From NCBI RefSeq assembly GCF_009914755.1, contig NC_060932.1: a stretch of 64,000 nucleotides of DNA; one strand, given 5' to 3'. Position numbers and translations under genes: made by a program. This document shows, piece by piece, positions 54,081-64,000 of the stretch (position 1 is its first letter; each line of letters starts with the position of its first letter). This DNA comes from the human T2T-CHM13v2.0 reference genome, Homo sapiens. The notes under the pieces are model-generated. The model did not search any database and was not told the DNA's origin. It saw only the letters and a program-made list of their open reading frames with translations.

Positions 54081-55862
54081 TTTTTTAAAAAATTTTAGTT
54101 CCAGGATACATGCACAGAACATCAGGTTTGTTACATAGGTATACATGTGCCATGATGGTTTGCTGCACCTATCAACCTGCCATCTAGGTTTTAAGCCACA
54201 CATTCTTTAGGTATTTGTCCTAATGCTCTCCCTCCTCTTGCCCCCAACTCCCTGACAGGCCCTGGTGTGTGATGTTCCCCTCCCTGTGTCCATGTGTTCT
54301 CTTTGTTCAACTCCCACTTAGAAGTGAGAACATGTGGTGTTTGGTGTTCTGTTCCTGTGTTAGTTTGTTGAGAATGATGGCTTCCAGCTTCATCCATGTC
54401 TCTGCAAAGAACATGAACTCATTCTTTTATATGGCTCCATAGTATTACATGGTGTATATGTGTCACATTTTCTTTATCCAGTCTATCATCGGTGGGCATT
54501 TGGGTTGGTTCCAAGTCTTTGCTATTGCAAATAGTGCTCCAATAAACATACGTGTGCACGTGTCTTTATAGGAGAATGATTTATATTCCTTTGAGTGCAT
54601 AACCAGCAATGGGATTGCTGGGACAAATGGTATTTCTGCTTCTAGATCCTTGAGGAATGGCCACGCTGTTTTCCACAATAGTTGAAATAATTTACACTCC
54701 CATCAACAGTGTAAAAGCGTTCCTATTTCTCTACAGCCTTGCCAGCATCTATGGTTTCCTGACTTTTTAATAATCGCCATTCTAACTGGCGTGAGATGGT
54801 ATCTCATTATGGTTTTGATTTGCATTTCTCTAATGATCAGTGATAATGAGCTTGTTTTCCTATGTTTTTTGGACACATAAATGTCTTCTTTTCAAAAATG
54901 TGTGTCATATCCTTTGCCCACTTTTCGATGGGGTTGTATTTTTCCTGTAAATTTGTTTCAGTTCCTTGTAGATTCCGGATATTAGACCTTGTCACATGGG
55001 TAGATTGCAAAAATTTTCTCCCATTCTGTAGGTTGTCTAGTTCACTCTGATGATAGTTTCTTTTGCTGTGCAGAAGCTCTTTAGTTTAATTAGATCCCAT
55101 TTGTGAATTTTGGCTTTTGTCACAATTGCTTTTGGTGTTTTAGTCATGAAGTCTTTGCCCATGCCTATGTCCTGAATGGTATTGCCCAGGTTTTCTTCTA
55201 GGGTTTTTATGGTTTTGAGTTTTACATTTCAGTCTTTAATCCATCTTGAGTTAATTTTTGTATAAGATGTAAGGAAGGGGTCCAGTTTCTGTTTTCTACC
55301 TATGGCTAACCAGTTTTCCCAGCACCATTTATTAAATAGGTAATCCTTTCCCCATTGCTTGTTTTTGTCAGGTTTGTCAAAGATCAGATGGCTGTGGAGG
55401 TGTGGTGTTATTTGTGAGGCCTCTGTTCTGTTCCATTGGTCTATATATCTGTTTTGGTACCAGTACCATGCTGTTTTGGTTACTGTAACCTTGCAGTATA
55501 GTTTGAACTCAGGTAGCATGATGCCTCCAGCTTTGTTCTTTTTGCTTAGGATTGTCTTGGTTATATGGGCTCTTTTTTGGTTCCATATGAAATTTAAAGT
55601 AGTTTTTTTCTAATTCTGTGAAGAAAGTCAATGGTAGCTTGTTGGAAATAGCATTGAATCCATACATTACTTTGGGCAATATGTCCATTTTTCATGATAT
55701 TGATTCTTCCTATCCATGAGGATGGAATTTTTTTTCATTTGTCTGTGTCCTCTCTTATTTCCTTGAACAGTGGTTTGTAGCTCTCCTTGAAGAGGTCCTT
55801 CATGTCCCTTGCAAGTTGTATTCCTAGGTATTTTATTCTCTTTGCAGCAATTGTAAATGGGA
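54081..55862 (-). mobile_element. L1PA 3' 1.8 kb, 5'-truncated
   Basis: 3' UTR plus ORF2 remnants ([32 protein letters not shown]); TSD gac(t/c)tcatttttt. Confidence 0.97.
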
Positions 55863-55999
55863 GACCTCATTTTTTTAGAGCCTATCATCTTGCACATCTT
55901 ATCCAGACTGCTTTTCCCCTAAGCACATTATCTTGCCTTTAACAACTCCAAAGAGCTTCTAAAACATCTCTGTTTATTTATGGCTTTGTGTACTCACCC

Positions 56000-57060
56000 T
56001 GCTTTCTATCCATGGGTTGCCTCACTCACCATACTCACTTCTCTGTATGTGATACTCTAATCTATATCCAAATCAGAGGTCCACATCTACATGTCAAATT
56101 GCTTATTGGATTTTTCTAAATGAGGATCAGGCTGGTATCTCAAATCTGATGTATTAAACACTAAATGTAGAGTCCATTCTCTGCATCTGCACTTCTCCAG
56201 TGTTCTTTATCTCAATGAACAGCTTCACCATCCATCTAGTCACAAAGCTTAAAACCTCACGGTTGCCTTTGACTTATCCTCTTCCCTCATCATCGTAATC
56301 CATTCAATATTTAGTCTAGTCAAGATGACTTTGTCTGTGGAGCAACATAAAACCCCAACATCAACCAGCTCAAACAGAAAGAACATAGCAATTAGTTTAG
56401 GGGAGAGCAGGCACCAAGCATTGGGTTTCAGTACCACTTTACCCCAATTTTCCTGGCTTCTCTAGCTCTGCCCTCCCCATGTGAGCTTCACTGCCACAGT
56501 GACCACAAACTGGCCATAGCAACTCCAGGCATCATTGTCTATAAAATAACACCCAGAGCTTCCATCAGCAGAATTGTCTCTCTTAGGAGTGAGGACCCCC
56601 TCCATAGACATTGCCTAATGTATCACTGGCTCAAAGGTCCATTCCCAAACCAGCAAAAAGGATAGATGTATCATGCTTGGTGTGGACCACGACATCAATT
56701 ACTCTTAATCCCATTTCTTGACAATAAAATCTAATGAGCACCACATTATTTTACCTCCTCAACACCTTGAACCTCTTCCTGTCCATGTTACAACGTCAGT
56801 TAAAACATTCAGTGCCTCTCACAGGAACTATAAATTTCTGCCCTACTGGTTTTCATATCTCTGAACTTTCTACACCTCCCCACCCCAATCCTTTTTTGTA
56901 CATTCAGCAAATATAACTTTCTAATACAGTTCCCATTAGGTCACTTCTTAGAACACTTTCATGTTTTCTCATAGGATAGAGTTCATACTATACAACTGGA
57001 CATTTGACTCCTTCAAAACTTGACTTGATGCCCTTTTCATCACTATTTTCTGCTAATTTT
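56000..57060 (+). mobile_element. L2 remnant, probably with an old MLT1 insert (~56320-56720)
   Basis: ttctttatctcaatgaacagcttcaccatccatctagtcacaaagcttaaaacctc...tttgacttatcctcttccctca. Confidence 0.7.
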
Positions 57061-57085
57061 AACAGTTTATGTTGTGCCTATATGA

Positions 57086-57748
<663 letters not shown>

Positions 57749-57769
57749 CATATTAAATTTTTTCTATGC

Positions 57770-57960
57770 CATATCTCAATTACTCTGCACAGTTCTCTGT
57801 GAGGTAGATACTATTGACATTGACACTTTATAGAAAAGGAAGCTTAGATTAAGGCAGGTTAAGTAATTTTCCCAAAGTCACCTAGAGACTTGTACAGCTG
57901 AAGTTTAGAACCAGGGCTGTCTGACTCCAAAGCCTGTGCTCCTAACCACTAAAGCATATC
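57770..57960 (-). mobile_element. MIR
   Basis: ctctgtgaggtagatactatt...aggttaagtaattttcccaaagtcac...gtctgactccaaagcctgtgctcctaaccact. Confidence 0.85.
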
Positions 57961-58879
57961 ACCTTCCTCTTGCCTCCACCCAAACCCTACATACAAGTCA
58001 TCCCACAGTTTTTAAGTGCTTTTTGAAGAAGCCTGGTAAGGTTTTGTCTTCCTGGGTTTAATAAAGTTGCTATCACTGCTCAGAATGCTCACCTCTATAC
58101 CTCTGCCTTCAGTCCTACTTTTATACTTTCTCTGACACCACCAACTCCAGTCAAAATTATTTCTCTTTTCCCCATGATCCCTTGGCTTGACTGTCACACA
58201 AATCCATCTCTTGCACCAGAGTCTCAACTCTTTATGATAGAGACCAGTTCTTTCGTTGCTCAGTTCTTCACAGCATTGTAGCCCTGTGGTTTATATTCAT
58301 CCAAAATAGTCCAAATATTTTTTGAGAATATACTCTGGGCAAGACAGTGCTAGTTACTATGAGATAAAGATATCGAAGGCACAGTTGCTATCCTCAAGAG
58401 GTATGCATTCTAGTGTGGCAGGGAGACATACAAACAAATGATTTCAAGGATAGAGAAATGTACAGGGTCCAAGTTGCTATATAAGCGTATCTTTGATTTA
58501 ATTTCATGAATGCATTCTGCAGACTTATAACATTGCCCATGCATCGATCCCTCACCGGTGAGCTAGGAGCTTTGCATGCGTGTTTTCATGGGCATTAGGC
58601 GTGCTGTTGGTGTTATTCCTCCACTCCTGATGATTCTTCCACATGGAGGGAAACCTATTAGAAAAATGCTTGTTTTTTTCTCCATCCCCATACCCAGTTC
58701 CCCCCAGGGACAAAGTGTGATTTGACATGATTGAAAGGAGAAGTCAGGCACATTTAGGCTGGCCTCATCCTCACCTCTTGTGAAGGACCGTGCCTGCAGA
58801 AAATGTGTGTTCTCTATTGCTTTAGCTATATAGGGAAGCTCAGTCTCATGTCACACTGACAATATCACACATCAATTGT

Positions 58880-59242
58880 GTATCATGATTCTACTCACTC
58901 TCTGACCCAGTGCGTTTTGTGATGTTGCAGGAGCCTTCTTAGACTGAAAGCAAGGAAGCTCAGAAGTGTGGAAAATTACAACCAATCCAAGGTGGGATCC
59001 ACGGATCAATGTTCCAGCTCCCCCTACTTCACTGAATAAGTCTAGGGATGGGGTATAACAATGTGTCCTTTTGATTATTTTCCTGAAACATGACAACACA
59101 CACTTACATTGGCTTTCCCTTTTTTCTCTTTCTTACTCTCCCTGCTTCCTCACTCCTTCTTTCTGGAATACCTCTCAAATAAACTACCTATAACCAAGTT
59201 CTTATCTCAGGCTCTGCTTTCAAGAGAACAAAAAGTAAGACA
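58880..59242 (+). mobile_element. LTR16-family ERVL LTR, 3' part
   Basis: ctcaaataaactaccta..caagttcttatctcaggctctgcttt...aagtaagaca. Confidence 0.7.
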
Positions 59243-61277
59243 GACAACACGAGGACATGGTTTATAATCCATCTCTCAGCTCTGTAGTCTCAGTATTGGT
59301 TCCATTCCAAGAGGCCTTTCCCCAAGAGCACCTGAGAAATGGTGTGAGTCACTATGATTGGTCCTTGCCTATGTTGAATTGAATCTTGTGGCCAGAGGGT
59401 TGGAACACACCAGGTAGCTGAGCTGAGTCCCACGCTCAGCCCAGAGCTGGAAGTTGTGATTAGCCTCACCAGTGTCACATGTGCAGACAGTCGGAGTATG
59501 TTTCCATGGAAAATCAGTTAGATTACTAAAAGGAGAGAGAATAAATGTGAGGTAGGTCAAACAACATACGATCATTAAGAAAACCACCAAAGAGTCTCTC
59601 CATCTATAGATAGCACAGGTGACTCTGACAGCACAAATGAGAAAGGAGCATCTTTACCAGGGGAATGATATCATTGTCTGTTAGGATTGGAAGTGATTTA
59701 GGAAATGATTTCACCCAAACTTAAATTACTGTAGAAGTCCAGAGAGAGAGACTAAGCCCATTAGCTTGAGGTGGTCCAGACAACAGTTGGTAGTTCTGGA
59801 TTAGAAACCCAAGACTCCAACCTTCCAGTGCAGAAACAAGGTCCTTCTGTTTACCCATTCCACCCTCACAGTGGCTGCTTCCTCCAAGAGCCCAGCAGCT
59901 CTAAATTGCAAAGACTATAGAATCATGCTTTAAAAACATCACATTATTATAAAAATGATAGACTTGGCTAGAAGACAGTTCTCTTTCTGAATTTACTAAT
60001 TCAACCTATTAAGTCTAATCTGTGTCTACAAAGAAAAATGTTGACTCTTGATTTACTTAGCTTACAAGGCTATATTTCTTGCGACACACATAGTGCCTGG
60101 GACAGTCCCTGACTCAGCTCTCAGCTGCCCTGCTTTCATGATGATTTAGCAAACAGCAGAGAAGAGAGACTTGAAGGGAGGGAGAAAACGATTTGGCTGG
60201 AAGCCTTCCCAGCAGAGGAGGGTTTTTCTTTGGTTTTGAAGGACAGGCCAGACATAGATTGGCTGAGAAGGAGGGGCAACATGGGGTTGGAGAGACAGAG
60301 ATAAGAGTGTTTGGGGAAGGAGCATCTTGTTTTGAAGTGAGAACAAAGGAATTGAATTTCAATGAATAAGTAAATCGCAGATGATTAGGGTAAAGACTAT
60401 AATATAAATTTCAACATTCTTGACAGTGTAAAGTGTTTCCTACAGAATGAAGCTCTGGAGGGGGAGGGGAGGGGAAATGGAGGAAAGAGAAGTTAAATTT
60501 AATAGACACTATCAAACAGTAGAAAAAGAGTTTAAGCTTATTATTAGAGTTACACAGAGAACTGACAAAACTTAAAGCATAACAATAGTACTATCAAATG
60601 CTGGGAAGAGGATGGAGTAAGAAGGGAGAAAAACAATAAATCAAAAAATGCAGTTTCAAGTGTGGTATATAGAGTCATGGAGGCCAACAATAGAATAAAT
60701 AAAGGCAGAAGTAAAGTGGAAAAAAGGCTGTTTGTGAGCAGTGGCATTAAGAGTGAGGAGAGGGAAGTATTCACTTCCACCGTGAGCTTTTCTGTACTGT
60801 TTGAACCATTACCATGTGCAGGCATTGCTTTGAAATCTGAAAAGGAAATCCCACAATTCAGCAGTTGCCCCATTAGCATGAACTGTGTTTCTATTCTGTA
60901 CTCAGCACTGCCCTTGGGTTGGGAATTAGAAGATGAATAAATGAACAAAGCATTAGGTGTTAGAATGGAAGAGCCTTTCTGGTTGGGAGAAGTGCAAGAA
61001 GCACATTGGAAAGAATTCCCAAAAAAGTAAAACAGAAGATGGATATTGAAAACTGAAGAAGAGTCCATCAAATGATTCAGCAAGGGTACTAGAGGCAGAT
61101 GCCGAAATAACTAAAAGAACAGAGGCATGGAATGCAGTGAAATCTTCTAGCAAATGCAGATTGTGCAGTTTTGCTTGTGCATTTGGTGTTAAATTATAAG
61201 ACTGCAGGGACAAATCAGCTCAAATAAGGAAGGGCTTATTTACCACATTAGGAGGTCTGAATTGTCTTCTGCAGACC

Positions 61278-61965
61278 AAGGATCACAAACTCAAATACAT
61301 AGCTCAGTCAGTCAGATTCTCAAAAGTAAGAAAAGAGGAGGGGGAAAGATGACAGTAAATGAAAGAGCACATGCTTGAGCTGGGCAGAAGGTGCAGCTGG
61401 TGCAGCAGATTTTTGCCATCCACGTGTTCAAACCCAGGATCAGAGATTTTCTAGTTTTGAAAATAAAGCTAGGAATCAAGATTTTTATGTAAAACTTCTT
61501 AATTATAAAATGTTGGCAATTTTATTAGGCTACACTATGCTGTGTTGTGATAACAAAAAAAAACCAAAAACAAACAAGCAAAAAAAAACAAAAAGCAATG
61601 CTCAATGGTGTAACATAAAAAGGATTTATTTTTCACTCACACAAAGCCCAAATGGGTAGAACAGCTCTCTTCCATGTGGTACCTATGTCAGCAGGAACCC
61701 AGGGTCTTCAAGGTTATTGAAACAAAGGTGGAGAAGTGCATTGCCTTTTAACAGTATTGACAGGCACCTGCTGGCTGGAATGAGTTACTTGCCCTCAATC
61801 TAACTTTAAAGACTAGGAGGTATCATGACACACATGGGTATTTAATAAGCACTCAACTATATCTGCCATGCCAACTAATACAAACATTTTATTTTTAAAT
61901 ACCATATGATCCTATTAATAATGGTTGGGTCTGGCAGAAGGGTGGGCAGTTTAAGAAGATCTCTG
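61278..61965 (+). mobile_element. MER102-like element split by an old MLT1 LTR (~61525-61865), within L2 remnants
   Basis: caaggatcacaaactcaaatac...gatttttatgtaaaacttcttaattataaaatgttggcaa; MLT1-like tattaggctacactatgctgtgttgtgataac. Confidence 0.7.
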
Positions 61966-63779
61966 CCACAGTCAAAGATTGGGGATTCTTTAGAAATATC
62001 ACATTTTCATTTCACAAAAAATAATTCCAGAAACCATGTGGAAGATTGACCAGAGGGGCAATGCTAAAGGCAGAATGGTTATTGAAATGGCCTGGAGAAG
62101 CACTATTGAGGAACTGAAATGGGAAAGGAACAGTCGGAATAGAAGAGAAGAGGTGCTCGTAAGTGGTATTAACTCTCTTGGTTTATATCCTTGGTTTGTA
62201 AGAGGAGGATGTCCACAAAGTTTGTGTGAATTGCCCAAGATTGCAAAGTTAATAAGCAGCTGTTCAGAAACTTAGTCCAGCACACTTTTTATCCCATTGG
62301 TAGAATAGTGGCAAAAAAAAAAAACTAATGGAAACATAAAATCTTTGACTTTGAGAATTAGACTTCGAGGAGCTTATCTAATGCAAACACTCAACGCCAT
62401 CAGATTTTGTTCGTAACTGATTTTAAATGTGAACCTCCTCAAAGATATTACTTTCTTCTTAACTTATAAGACCTGCCAATGGGTAAACATCAAACAGATA
62501 ATGTATTCATTTTTTAACCTTGATTTAGACTCTTTTTCTATTACCTTCTGGGAAATCCTCAGCTTAAGAAAGAAATATTTTTATCTTTCTCACCTCTAAA
62601 CATGTCCTGGTGCTGGAACAGTTAGCATTCTAATCAGCGTGGCTCCCAACCATCTGTGATGAGATTTCTTTGGGAGGATTCAACTCAGTCTCTTATGCTC
62701 AGAAGTAGTTAATCCACTTGAGCTTAAAGCAGAAAGAAAATAGAGAAAGGAAAATTGCTGGGAGGGAGGGAATAGTAGTAAGGAATGTAGGGGGTAGGGG
62801 AGGATGAATTAAATGAAACAGTGTGTTTTTTGCCCTAAACCTTCAGAAAATGAGAACATAATGCATCCGTGTAAGAGCACATAAAAGATAATGTTAAGCA
62901 AAAAATTTTCATATTAATTACATGGAGGTTTTATAGGAGGCACTGGGCTGGTCATTTTACATTATCATTTCAGTTAATCTGTCCTATTTCCCCATGTGAT
63001 GTGAGTGTTATCCCTATTTTATAAATGAGAAAAGTAAGATGCAAAAATGTACCAGATCACAAGCTATCAGAGAATCCCTGTTATTTAAACTCAAAGCCTG
63101 AGTGCTTTCTTTTCAATAACCTTAGTAACAGTCTTATATTAGAATTCAACAAATATTTATCAAGTATTTATCATGAAGCCCAAATTAGGATGCAATTCAT
63201 CTTATTTCATTCTTAAAATAATCCTATGAGGTCAGTATTATTATTCCAAATTGTTACAGCAAAGGGAATTGGGGTGCAAAACAAAGAGAGTTAAGTGCCT
63301 GAGGTTTTATTCTAGGTGTCAGTAAAGATACAAGGCAGGAATTCAAGTTCCTGAAGAACTAGGTCTCTTCAGATTGGCCTTTTTTTCTGCTCTCTTTGGA
63401 AAAAACTTTCTCATACTGACATCTTTTCCGATTTCTTAGTCTTTTATGATCTTTCTCTCTTTGTCTAGAGGACCTACTGAAAGAGATATTTAGGAAGAAA
63501 GTCACTTAATTATTACAACCATTTGGGAACATATATGTTATCAGTATTTGTTCTTCCAATAACAACATAGGGCATATGTTAACAGACTAGCCAGTACAAT
63601 GATATCCTTAAGGGCCATTACTTTCGTGAAAAGATAAAAAGATCTAGGTGTGAAGTTGGTCTGTGAGGCATCTTTGTTATGAGAGTTTGAGCAAATATCT
63701 GAAACTTTATGATTCTCATTAAAAAATGCCATTGTTGGAACATAATCCAAATGAGTTATACATCTGGATCATATGTTCA

Positions 63780-64000
63780 AGAGGTCCAGCACACAATAAA
63801 AAGTACACATTAGAAATGCAAAGAAGAAGGAAAATGTGACCTATATCAAGACATAAAGTTGTCAATAGAAACAGTCACAGAGGTGATTCAGATGATGGAA
63901 CGAGTAGACAAGAACTTTATTGAAATTATGTTCAAGAAAAGGATGGACATATGAGCAAATAGATGGAGGATCTCAGCAGAGAAATGAAAACTATGGAAAA
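63780..64000 (+). mobile_element. Old L1M ORF1 5' remnant (runs off the window)
   Basis: atgcaaagaagaaggaaaatgtgacc...tcaatagaaacag...cagatgatggaa...tctcagcagagaaatgaaaacta. Confidence 0.8.

Noticed and set aside
54191-55897. Several ORFs with reverse-transcriptase-protein-like peptides
   Set aside because: Fragments of a disrupted, 5'-truncated L1PA ORF2
60550-61083. 177-aa hydrophobic ORF resembling a membrane protein
   Set aside because: Antisense reading of purine-rich L2-like remnant DNA gives Leu/Ser/Phe bias; no family motif
63440-63775. Unique-looking segment before the terminal L1M, considered as a pseudogene or transposase fragment
   Set aside because: No recognisable protein motif in the frames I read; cannot be supported without a search

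Overview
This is primate (human-like) nuclear DNA, intergenic or deep intronic, and mostly transposable-element fossils: about 20 Alu or Alu-derived elements, L1 remnants of several ages, L2 and MIR relics, and many MaLR/ERVL/ERV1 solo LTRs. DNA transposons are also present: a Ricksha-type MULE with a decayed transposase, a MADE1 MITE and two MER102-like elements. I found no credible protein-coding exon, RNA gene or CpG island, and the supplied ORFs are repeat-derived or chance. I see no evidence of a new biological system. The best second-look items are structural: a TSD-flanked, A-tailed unique insert inside an L2, a ~100 bp locally templated duplication interrupting an L2 tail, a duplication-flanked insert in an Alu, an L-R-R Alu trimer and a MADE1 hairpin nested in an Alu. 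Repeat family names come from recalled consensus sequences, not from a RepeatMasker run, and boundaries of old elements are approximate.
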